A DNA stretch of 64,000 nt from contig OZ024740.1 in assembly GCA_964016885.1 (NCBI GenBank), forward strand, positions 57,226,001 through 57,290,000, read 5' to 3'. The DNA comes from Eledone cirrhosa (taxonomy: Eukaryota). Shown piece by piece: positions 42,535 to 59,855 of this stretch. Under the pieces are notes generated by a model. That model was not told where the DNA came from, did not search any database, and saw nothing but the letters and a program-made list of their open reading frames with translations. Positions within the stretch are counted from its first letter, which is position 1. Every line of letters begins with the position of its first letter. A program made the position numbers and the translations under genes.

Positions 42535-45500
42535 AAACCACGTGTTTTCGAACTTGTGAGTACATTTTCCTTTAACTACAAATTATTATTATATACTTTC
42601 GTCTTTTCATTAACTTAATTAATTTCAAATAACCAGAATATACATATATATATATATATATACTCATATTTATATATATACTCTTCTCACTCACACACAA
42701 GAAAACAAAAAACAAAAATAAATCAAAAATAAATTTTAAAAAAATATATATATATTGAAATACTTAACTAAAACACACACACACTCAAAACTAGAATGGC
42801 TAACCAGCAAAAATCCAAACAGAACTGGTCTGATAATGAAATCGACATTCTAATAAACACATGCATTGCCTTTCCAAACAGAAGACATACATGCTTCATC
42901 TCTGAACGACATTGCTAAACGTACAGTTCAATTTTTGAAAACTCGATCTGAACAACAGATTCAAAATAAATTAAAGCAAATCGAAATTGCTTTTAAATTA
43001 ATCAATAAACATTTGGATAAACTACGGTGTGTTTTCTCTCGAATGCTGTCCAGCAGCAGCAACAACAACAACAGCAGCTACAACAGCAACAACAACAACA
43101 GCTACAACAACAACATCAACAACAGCAACAACAACAACAACGACAACAACAGTGTGAACCACTCTTGATTCATCAACAATGGCCGATCTACTAAATGAAA
43201 ACTATTGACCCCCCAGTAGCCTCTGTCTCACAGCATGAAACGCCACATCCTTTCTCTGGCCCAGCAGTCCAATCATCACCACTGCCAACATCTCTGCCTA
43301 CTACTACTACTACTACTACAACATTTTTGTCTACTGCTATGTCAAGGAATTTACCTTCTAATACCAGAACAAGAACTCTCCCTCCCACAGTCCACAAAGG
43401 TCGTCAAATCCTACCCAAACATCATCTACACCTCTCACAACACACACACCCACATACCCACCCACTCGAAACCCCATCATTTGCCGCTACTCTCTACGCT
43501 ATAGAATATGTACGGATAGTGGCTGCAAATTCACACCATTTACCTAGGACAAAACGATCTATCCCCCAACAAACAGCCACCACCATAATACATACTCTAA
43601 TTTAACACCAACACAACCACCAATAACTCAAACAAGGAATCCACAAATCTGCCGTTTTTTCCCTGCGAGACAGATTGTGTTTAGACCGGGGGATTGTCCC
43701 TTTACCCATCTCCCGGGGACCCGTCGGACAATGAAAATAAAATTAAAAATAAAAGCAAAAACAAAAACCATAACCTACATAAAAATAACCACTACCACAG
43801 TCACCAACAGTCTTCTAAACAGGAAACTTCTTCCTCTTTTTTAGCCATAATGAATCTGGCAAAAGAACTGGAAAAAAACATTCGAGCTATCACCCAGCAC
43901 CACCCTCCACTATCACCCCACTGCACAAACTCCCATTGCTGCCATTAACAAACAAACAAATTAACAACACACCAAAACAATTAAAACCATCCACTCTCGC
44001 CTCTACATTTTTGCTTAACGCCCAAGGCATCAGCCCTTCCACCAATACTCAAAAATGGAAGATCCAATTCCTGGAGGACTGGATTGATGTCCATCCAAAC
44101 CACATCCCTTTCTTCGTCCTCACTGAAACCCATCTCAGTAACCTCCACTTGGAAGCCGAGGTGAAAGTGAAAAATTTCAAAGCCATCCGTGCTGATCGCG
44201 CTGGCAGAAGAAAAGGGCGGAACTGCCATTTATGTCCATAAATCTTTCTCAACAGAGGCTATGAACATATTCACTAATGGATACTGTGAAGCAGTCACTG
44301 TATTCAGTCAAAACCAACAACCTATTAGTAGTTGGGCTCTATAGGCCACCCCAAACGCCTGTACCATGCTTCAAGGAATGCCTCAACAGCATAAAGTGTT
44401 TCATCCAAGAGTGTCACCCTGACAACATCTTAATGATGGGGGACTTCAACCTCCCCGGAGTTGACTGGTCCACAAACAGCCTGCCACCTGGTTCTTCTGC
44501 CTCAACCTCTGACAGGGAAGCTGTGGAATCGCTTCTTGACTTCATGGATGATTTCTTCCTATCCCAACTGGTGCTCGAACCAACGAGGTGCCACAAAAAC
44601 GTCCTAGACTTAATTTTCAGCAATCACACTGACAATATCCACAATATTGCAGTGGAGAAAACTCTACTCTCTGATCATGACATGGTTCTCTGTGATCTGA
44701 GATTCCACCGTCCAATATACAAACCCAATGTCATCTCTCCTGTCCATCCGTTTGACGCTATGGATTTCCACAATGCAAACTGGGAAGCGATCAGTCATGA
44801 TCTTGCACATGTCGACTGGTCCTTCACGCACACTCATACACCCACTAACATCAAAAAGTCCTGGCAGACATTTGTGGACACTGTTACAAACATATGTGCT
44901 AAACACACCCCATTAAGAACTATAAACAAATCTAAGAGCAGAATCCCTAGATATAGAAAAACGCTCATCAGAAAGATTAAGAGAACGAACAAAAAATCAA
45001 CAAGCTGAAATACTGTCAGCAGCAACACATCAACTTGACTGCCATTTCATCACTAGAGATTAAAAAACATAACCTCCAAAACAACATAATGTCCCTCATC
45101 AACAATCAGAGAAGAGCTGAAGAGGCCTGGGCCATTGAGAAGATCAAACTCAATCCCAAAGTGTTCTTTTCATTTGCAAAAAAACACAAAATCACTGGCT
45201 CTACTGTTGGCCCTCTAATTGATGAAAATGGCACTCTTCAAGACAATGCTAAAACCATGGGTGAGATACTGCAGAAACAATACTGCTCTGTTTTCAGCAA
45301 TCCTGATATGGCCGATCTGGGCTGTATCGGCGATGTTACTCCCCATTACACCTTATCGGACATAACGTTTGGCGCCCCTGATGTCCTGGCGGCAATAAAG
45401 GAAATCAAGCATAATTCAGCAGTAGGTCCCGATAGGTTCCCTGCTTGTGTCTTGAAGGCGTGTCAACACCAACTTGCATCTCCTCTTGCCAATCTGTGGC

Positions 45501-47044
45501 GGAACTCACTGGATGCTGGATATGTGCCAGAAAACCTTCTATCCCAGTCTGTTGTCCCAGTTTTCAAAAAGGGAAACAAATCCCTTGCCGTGAATTACCG
45601 TCCAATCTCACTCACCTCTCATATCATTAAGGTATTTGAGCGAGTGGTGAGATCGCGAATGACCCACTTCCTTGAGAGTAACAATATGCTGAACTCCAAC
45701 CAGCATGGATTCCGTAATGGAAGGGATTGCCTGACGCAGCTACTGCATCACTTTGGTGACATTTCGAGAGCCTTGGGAGAGGGTTCCAACACTGATGTTA
45801 TCTACCTTGATTTCAGCAAGGCCTTTGACAGGGTTGATCATAACATTCTACTGAGAAAGCTGTCCAATATTGGTGTCACTGGAAAGCTGCTGCAGTGGAT
45901 CAAGAGCTTCCTGTCAAACAGAACCCAACATGTTGTAGTTGAGGGAGTCAAATCAAGCCCAGCCAAAGTCAGTAGTGGGGTCCCACAAGGCACTGTGTTG
46001 GGCCCACTTCTCTTCATCATCTATATTAATGACATCACTGACATCATCAAACACAGCAACATTAAAATTTTCGCTGATGATTCCAAGCTCCAAAAGGTCA
46101 TCAATGGCGTGGATGACCGGATAAGCCTTCAGTCAGACCTACTGGCTGTTACCCAATGGGCAGAAAAGAACAACATGTTACTGAACGAAGACAAATTTGA
46201 ACTGATCCACTTTGGAAAAGAGGATGCTCTGAAACTCCCGTACTCCCTTCCCTCCGGGGAAACTCTCGTGGCATCTAACAACATCAGAGACTTGGGAGTA
46301 ACCGTGGACAGCAACATAAGCTGGACCACGCATATAAGCAGCAAAGTTGACATGGCCCGCAGAATGTGTTCCTGGATCCTCAGAACCTTCCAGTCGAGAG
46401 ATTCCCGCACCATTATCCTTCTCTTCTCTACTTTCGCCCGACCACACCTTGAATACTGTTGTCCACTGTGGTCTCCCCACACGAAACAAAGTATCATGAA
46501 ACTTGAAGCTCCTCAAAGGGCAATCACGAAAAAGATAGATGGCATGTCAGACCTTGACTACTGGGGTCGATTAGAAAACCTGAAACTTTACTCACTCCAA
46601 CGTCGCCGTGAGCGTTATATTATCTGCATGATGTGGAAAATGTTCCATCATCACTGCCCAAATGATGTTGGCATCGCCTTCAAGATACACCCAAGGCTTG
46701 GGCCCCGTGCTATCCGTCCCATTCAAAAATCTAAATCGCAACTCATAACAACAATACGGCACAATTATTTCACCTCAATCGGCCCTGCTCTCTTCAACAT
46801 CACACCAGGACACGTCAAAACAGAAACTGACCACACAAAATTCAAGAAGTCTTTGGACAAATTCCTCCAAGTAATCCCGGACAAACCACCCACACCCGGA
46901 TATGTCTCCGCAAACAGTAATTCTCTTCTCGAATGGGCAATGGTGCCCAAATCCTGAATTGAAAGACTTCGCCGGGTGGTGCTATTAAGTTAGACATGGC
47001 CTGGGCCAATACTGGCCAAAACATTTCAAAGTTATTCAAAGTTA
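42535..47044 (+). mobile_element. Near full-length CR1-like LINE, multiply frameshifted
   Basis: ORF1 remnants 42796-43948; APE pieces 43936-45008 (LNAQG, LTETHL, MGDFN, SDHDMV); RT 45035-46957 (QHGFR, YLDFSKAFD, PQGTVLGP, FADD); 3' hairpin plus (ttcaaagtta)x2 tail. Confidence 0.92.
45035..46957 (+). pseudogene. LINE ORF2 RT portion (APE portion broken upstream)
   Basis: Open 640-codon RT segment homologous to 36389-37975; upstream frameshifts near 44215-44275 and about 45000. Confidence 0.9.
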
Positions 47045-47107
47045 TATATATATATGAATGTGTAAATATATATATATATGGTATATATATAATGTATTTA
47101 TATATAT

Positions 47108-47158
<51 letters not shown>

Positions 47159-47161
47159 ATT

Positions 47162-47195
<34 letters not shown>

Positions 47196-47212
47196 ATATG
47201 TATATGTATATA

Positions 47213-47324
<112 letters not shown>

Positions 47325-47325
47325 G

Positions 47326-47367
<42 letters not shown>

Positions 47368-47617
47368 CGTATGTGTATATATATATATATGTATATATAT
47401 ATTAATATATATGTATATATATATTTATATATATGTATGTATATATTTATATATATGTATATATATATTTATATATATATGTATGTATATATATATGTAT
47501 ATATATATATTTATATATATATATATATTTATAGTAATAATAATAAAATTGAAGACTAAAATCCAAAGAGGGCTCGATAAGGAAAATATATATCAAATAT
47601 ATAAGAACCGTAGAGCA

Positions 47618-47740
47618 AATATTTATTAAAATAACAGATTAAAGTTTAAGCAAAGAATCGCTGCTTTCACCCCTTAACGGGATCTTCTGAAACTAACAGC
47701 AATTCTTTGCTTAAACTTTAATCTGTTATTTTAATAAATA
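47618..47740. repeat. Fold-back hairpin (about 40-bp arms) around a degenerate hammerhead-like centre
   Basis: tatttattaaaataacagattaaagtttaagcaaagaat and its reverse complement; centre on minus strand reads CAGAAGA-tccc-gttaa-gggg-t-GAAA. Confidence 0.8.
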
Positions 47741-51945
<4,205 letters not shown>

Positions 51946-53421
51946 GTATTAGTTATACTATTTATGGTTATGTAAATACAAAACCTTAAGCAGTTGTAAG
52001 TATTTTACACACACCCTAAATAGTGGTAGGCAGTAATGTATTACTACCTTATTACCAGTAAGTTAAGTAGCTCAATGTAAAAACATCAGATGATTTACAG
52101 AGCAGTTATATGAAATATAAGAATCGGTTGGATGGTGTTGGGCAGAGGAAACACCTTCCTTAGACAGATGTAAAATGATTTAATCGAGTAGCGCTGTTGA
52201 CTAGTAGGACCGGGCTGCTGAGCGCAGTGTGTGAATGCAATGCAACTGCCGTGCGGGTTGTACGTATATGGATGACCTGACGGTCAGAGAGGGGTCGCGA
52301 GGACTGCGGATTGACCTTTGGCCTGCCTGGGGACGATTATCTTTCGACATCCAATGTAGCAAGCGATGACCCAGATCTTACCAGAGATCATTGGGTCCTG
52401 AAGCAATCCTGCAATCACCGCGCCTGGTCATATGAGCAGACTACAACCACAGAGATCATTAATTTAGAATCCTCGCTCATCATCTATAATTTCCATTTGT
52501 AGCACCTTAAGTTGGGTTAATCCACCATAATAATATGATCACCTTCAGCATAACTTAGTTAAACTACTCTATAGTTAATACACTTTATGCTTTAAAAGTC
52601 TCTCTTGGAAGGTGCACTTCACCATAGAATTTAGGGTCTATATTGGGACACATTTTAATGGCTAGATATAGAAACCCCAGAGTTACCTCCCCGCATGCAT
52701 TAACTCCCCTTAGCCACACACACACTTCCGGTATTCAATGGCGTTTCTCGAAACGTAACAACCTCCTGTATCGAACTAAAGAACACCAGACTACGATCTC
52801 TAACTGGATTGTCGTGGATTATGTGAAAGGCATATAATCGAAATATACACTCCCTTGACCATGAAAATGCCGAAGTACATGAATTACTTGACATCCCTGC
52901 GCTGTGCATCTCCAATACTTATAACACTTTTAATGCTTGCACTATCTTTAATGCTTATAATATTTTTCCACACACAGACTATATCAATCATATAAAGATT
53001 TTGCCACCAGATCTACCAACCTAACACTCTTATTTACCTACCTAAGTGCCTCTACCACACATATCTCTCTGCCACACTATATAAACAAGACATGCGTGCC
53101 ACACATATAACATTTGCACTATATAACCACTTATCTTCATGTTGTACTTTAACCTATATCTTTGATTTTTGATTGTACCTATTAATATAAATGTAATCTC
53201 GAAGTGTGTACTGCCACTCTAAATTCTGTAATGAATGTTGACCCACAATGTTTGAATATGTATCAATGTTTGAATATGTATTGGTATGTCTCTCGGCTGA
53301 AAAGGAGGTCATATAACTGTCCATGCATTAATAAATTGCTCCGAAGAATCCAAACCTCGGTTTGGAGGAAACAGCTGTAAGCACAATAATGTTTTGAACA
53401 GTTCTTTGATTCTTATATTTC
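51946..53421 (+). mobile_element. Non-autonomous hammerhead element (family B) with an inverted copy of its 3' tail at the 5' end
   Basis: 51946-52125 is inverted-similar to 21896-22078; HHR at 53337-53383. Confidence 0.8.
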
Positions 53422-53422
53422 G

Positions 53423-53532
<110 letters not shown>

Positions 53533-53548
53533 TATATATATATATATT

Positions 53549-53869
<321 letters not shown>

Positions 53870-53922
53870 ATATTTATATATATATGTATATTTATATATA
53901 TATGTATATTTATATATATATA

Positions 53923-53967
<45 letters not shown>

Positions 53968-54026
53968 ATATTTATATATATATGTATATTTATATATATA
54001 TATATTTATATATATATTTATATATA

Positions 54027-54074
<48 letters not shown>

Positions 54075-54126
54075 TATATATATATATTTATATATATATA
54101 TATTTATATATATATTTATATATATT

Positions 54127-54159
<33 letters not shown>

Positions 54160-54284
54160 GTTTATATATATATATTTATATATATATTTATATATATATA
54201 TATTTATATATATATATTTATATATATATTTATATATATATATATTTATATATATATATTTATATATATATTTATATATATATA

Positions 54285-54327
<43 letters not shown>

Positions 54328-54404
54328 TTATATATATATTTATATATATATTTATATATATATATTTATATATATATTTATATATATATTTATATATATA
54401 TATA

Positions 54405-54516
54405 TTTATATATGCAAAAGTTCTATTTAAATTGTTGGGATACAACAAGCAAATATTTTTATAACTGATATAAAGCACTTGACAAGTATTTGGATATTTA
54501 TATATATATTTATATA

Positions 54517-54548
<32 letters not shown>

Positions 54549-54923
54549 CGATATTAAATACGATATTAATTAAATGGAAACTATATTTATAAAACCATAT
54601 TTATTTCATTATATATATTTCAGGGATATCATATTAAAAATATGGTATGCCTTCATCAGACAAAATACAATATAAACAGTCTTATAAATAGATAGATTTG
54701 ACATACCTTACAACTTCAACTTCCATTTAAAAAGTTGATTTGGTAGTGAAAAATGTTAGGGACAGTTATAAAAAGAAAGAAAGAAAGAAAGCGAAGAAAA
54801 AGAAGAAATGCATGCAACGAAAAACAGAGAGAGGTAGATATAGAGAGATAGATAGAGAGAAGAAATTCATGTAAAGAAAAAACAGAGAGAGATAGATAGA
54901 GAGAGAAAAAAAAACACAGAGGG

Positions 54924-54999
<76 letters not shown>

Positions 55000-55997
55000 A
55001 AAAATAGAGAGAGATAGATATAGATAGAGATAGAGATGCTCCAAATATATCGAATAAATTTTACACTAGATAAACTTCTGTAATAAATATAAGACCATCT
55101 GTAGATCAAATGGGTATCCTAAACTTTTGGAATGATTTCTGCTAGACAGGATTTGGTAAATAATTTTGGTTTTGTTTGCTTTTGATTCTGATGCTTATAA
55201 TGAACTTGGCAATATATTGTCAATTAATTTTGAAGGGTTGATTTCTGAGGTTGATTTGCGGGCATACTGTGTTTTATTTTTAATATTTTTTAATTTTTTA
55301 ATATTTTTATTGATATATTGATATCTGTTGTCTATTTATGCTTGAACGATAATCATGTAGAGTAAAGACAAGAATAGTATTGTTAAAATTAATGTAGATT
55401 CTATATATATTTGTGTGTATGTACACATATATGTATACTAGAATTTTTATAGCACAATGAGAATGTTTTCATGTGAAATAGGAATTTGCAGAGTTGGAAG
55501 TCTATAGTATCGAATCTGGGATAACCTTCTATTTTCTTTTTCTTTTTTCATGAAAGTGCATATATACTTATGTATTTCAATTTTTTTTGAAGTTTTTTAT
55601 CTCAGTTTTTTTATCTCAGTTTTTTTAACTCAGTTCTGATTATAAACCTAGGAATTTAAAACTAGACATATGATCATTATTTTTCACACATTATTGATAC
55701 GTGTCTCATTCATGAATACTGATATTTACATTATAATACCTAATTCATACGAATTGATATTTTTAGATTGATGAAACAATGTTTTAAATCTGCCTCGTTT
55801 ATCTCTGGATATTTTTCTTTTCTCTCTATGTAACGGCTGTTTTCTCTCCTAACCACATATATCTCTCTCTACCTTAATACTAGAACTAAATAAATAAATA
55901 AATAAATAAATATATCATTGATACGTCATTCAACTGGTGCCCAACTACCTATTTTCTTTCTCTCTATCTCTATCTATATCTATCTCTCTCTATTTTT

Positions 55998-56067
<70 letters not shown>

Positions 56068-56534
56068 CTTATCTATCTATCTCCCTCTGTGTTTTTTTTT
56101 TCTCTCTCTATCTATCTCTCTCTGTTTTTTCTTTACATGAATTTCTTCTCTCTATCTATCTCTCTATATCTATCTCTCTCTGTTTTTCGTTGCATGCATT
56201 TCTTCTTTTTCTTCGCTTTCTTTCTTTCTTTCTTTTTATAACTGTCCCTAACATTTTTCACTACCAAATCAACTTTTTAAATGGAAGTTGAAGTTGTAAG
56301 GTATGTCAAATCTATCTATTTATAAGACTGTTTATATTGTATTTTGTCTGATGAAAGCATACCATATTTTTAATATGATATCCCTGAAATATATATAATG
56401 AAATAAATATGGTTTTATAAATATAGTTTCCATTTATTTAATATCGTAAATATACTCCAAATACTTGTTGAGTGCTTTTATATCAGTTATAAATATTTAC
56501 TCGTTGTAACCCAACAATTTAAATAAAACTTTGC

Positions 56535-56535
<1 letters not shown>
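54405..56535. mobile_element. Fold-back of PLE 3' ends (family H) with hammerheads at 54602-54667 (-) and 56340-56405 (+)
   Basis: 54405-55035 is inverted to about 55960-56535, including the (GA)n/(CT)n tract; about 0.9-kb AT-rich spacer. Confidence 0.85.
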
Positions 56536-56566
<31 letters not shown>

Positions 56567-56567
56567 T

Positions 56568-56603
<36 letters not shown>

Positions 56604-56689
56604 ATATATATATATTTATATATATATTTATATATATATATACTTATATATATATTTATATATATATATATTTATATATATATTTATAT

Positions 56690-59045
56690 ATATATGCAAA
56701 AGTTCTATTTAAAATTGTTGGGATACAACAAGTAAATATTTTATAACTGATATAAAGCACTCGACAAGTTTTGGGAGTAGATATACGATATTAATAAATG
56801 GAAACTATATTTATAAAGCCATATTTATTTCATTATACATATTTCAGGGATACCAAATTAAAATATGGTATGCCTTCATCAGACAAAATACAATATATAA
56901 ACAGTTTTATAAATAATTTTGACGTACCCTATTAAATGCAACCATTATTTTTGGAAGCTGTCTGGATAGTGAAATGTTTATATTATTTTATTAGTTATAG
57001 TGTTAAGCACAATTAGAAAAAGACGGAGAGAAAGAAAGAAAAAAAGACGGAGAAAGAGAAGGAGAGAGAAAGAAGGAGAGAGAGAAAAAAAAACCTGGAG
57101 AAATATCGGAGAGAGAAATGTATGTAGAAAAGAAAGAGATAAATAGATAGGAGGAAATAAAAATAGAAATAGAGAATAACCATAGAATAGTCAATTTTCT
57201 GGATGTAACACTAAATCTCAACATATGTCTTCATTATCCATTTCACAAACTAAATGAGAACTTGAATTATGTTAATTTTAACTCTAATCACCCCAGATCT
57301 GTTAAAAATACTATAGTGAACTCTGTTCAAGAACGAATTTCAAGAATTTCATCTAATAAAAATATGTTTGATGACAAAGCGCAGTATTACAATGAAGCGT
57401 TAGGTAGAGCTGGATATAGAAATAAAATTAAATACATCGATAATAATAATAAGCAAACTAACCAAAATAATAACAATTTCAATTACGGTTACAACTTTAA
57501 CAACTATAATAGAAAACATTACAATAATTCCAAAAGCCGAAAAAGAAATAGAACTAGAAATATATTATGGTTTGCCCCCCCCCCCCCCCCCTTTCTCACT
57601 AAACATTAAAACCCATATTGCTAAACTAATCTTTAATGCTCTTGACAAACGCTTCCCTAGAACACATAAATATTACTCAATTTTTAATAGACACACTATA
57701 AAATTAACTTACTCGTCCACCAAAAATTTAGCACAAAATATTAATAGAATTAATAATAGGAATTTAAAACCTAACCAAAATACCAATAATAACCCAAACA
57801 ATATTCAATTAAATAACTGTAACTGTAGAAATAAATCTAACTGTCCGTTAAATAACAACTGCTTAGCTAAAAATGTAGTGTAATGTTAAAACTAATTTAA
57901 ATTCTTTCAACTATGTTGGTTCCACCTCGACAGAATTTAAACTTCGCTTCAATAATCATAAGAATTCTTTCACAGATCCAAACAAAAAATCTTCAACTTC
58001 GCTATCTAGCCTATTCTGGCACCTTAAACGAGGTAATATTAAATATTCGATGAATTGGAATATTATTTCATAAGCTACTCCTTTTAATTCCTCTTCAGAA
58101 AATTGTGATCTTTGTATAGAAGAAATATTCTTTATATTAAAGTCCAAAAATTCCCTTAATTTAAGGAGCAATTTATTCAGTTGCTGCAGACATAGATTGA
58201 ACTCAACGTTTAAATATAAATATAAATTTAAAATGTAGTATAATTAATTAAGAAATTTAGTTAATATATGAAACCTGTCGATAAATCATTAGATTCCTTC
58301 ACCTTTTTCATTTTAAACTTTCTCCCTAAATATAAACAAGGATATAATAAACTACTCTAAAATGTATATGCTCCCAATGTATTAAATAAAATATACGTAA
58401 GATAAATTTCTATACTAAATATAAGGTTATCTGTAGAATCACTGGGTCTTCTAAATCCTTTAAATTATTTTTATTTTTTTATTTGTTTTGACTCTGATAG
58501 CTTCTAATAACTTTCATAAGTCTACCCTTTCAATATCTTGTTTGAGATATAGGTAGGATAAATTTCTATACTAAATATATAAAACATATTATTTTAACTT
58601 GAGATACTCTATAGTGTTTTAAAAATATTTAATGCTTTGATATTTCTATATTAATATATTGATATTTGATTATCTCTATACAAATGCCATATGTGTGTAT
58701 TAACATGCATATAAAAGTGTTATAGGGTCTATTTATGTGTTTGTATATATGTCTGTAAATATACATGAGCGATGCTGGAGGACTCACGCAGATATTTATT
58801 TATACATATGTATGTGTATATATGTGTGTGTGTATATGTGATGTATGTTGTAGATATGCATAATATTAAATACATGAACGGTAATCATATATATGAGGAC
58901 ATGAATATTAATCGTATATTTATGTATATATACTGTGAACTTTTTATAACACAAGGAGTGTATAGCAGTGATCAAGTGAAATCATTTGCGCTTTGTGTGT
59001 CTATATTATTGGCTTGAGTAGACATAATTTCTATTTTCAGGACGT
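56690..59045 (+). mobile_element. 5'-truncated PLE (Nematis-like) with inverted 3' end attached at 56690-57170
   Basis: VNFLDVTLNL..HYPFHK..YVNFNSNHP, ILWFAPP, CNCRNKSNCPLNNNCLAKNVV, YVGST, CDLCIEE with stops and frameshifts (57175-58235); HHR at 56826-56890 (-). Confidence 0.88.
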
Positions 59046-59047
59046 AC

Positions 59048-59078
<31 letters not shown>

Positions 59079-59279
59079 ATTTTTCTGCTTTTGGCACGGA
59101 TCCAGCGACTGGCCAGCGCATCACTGGTACTCTCTTTTGTTGACTCCGTGGAGAGCCATAACTCTATGCTGTAAAGCAATTATAGTAATACTGGACTGTA
59201 ATACGATCGGCTTCAACTATACAAACTCTTGAAAGTCAACAGTTGACATAATCTGGTAATCTTGTATCAGTAATGACGG

Positions 59280-59332
<53 letters not shown>

Positions 59333-59475
59333 CGTGTAAGTGAGTAGAGTAGCGTGTGTGTGTGTTTGTTGTGTGTGTGAGTGTTGCTGTGTGCACGCAT
59401 ATGTATGCGTGTGTGTGTATGTCGTACGTATAAGTGTCAATAAGTAATTTTTTTTTTTTTTTTTTTTTTTTTTTG

Positions 59476-59757
59476 CGCGGGGACATAGAAATAATCGGGC
59501 TGGATGCCCGATCGCGCAGTTAAACCACTGGGAGTGAAGAACCCCTAGCCCATGTCAGGGTATTCTTCTAGGAGAAGGCATCTCAGGAAACTGGGTTAAC
59601 TCCGATATAAAACCTGCGGCTCAGTAGTTACCGATGATGTTGATCTTTTCTTCTTTTCGGGTTATAGCTACTGTCGCTCAGAGAGTGGGATTGGTTCAGT
59701 GCACAGTCTTTCCTCACTTTAAAAATATTCGTCACGCACAGGCATTGCACGAGTGCA
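59476..59757. mobile_element. Unclassified GC-richer repeat-like segment between T tracts (possibly SINE-like or RTE 5' UTR)
   Basis: Compositional contrast and 5' hairpin atcgggc-tggat-gcccgat; no ORF. Confidence 0.3.
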
Positions 59758-59777
59758 TTAATAATTATTAATAGTGT

Positions 59778-59812
<35 letters not shown>

Positions 59813-59855
59813 TATTATTACTTTTTTTTTTTTTTTTTTTTTTTTTCCCAATTCA

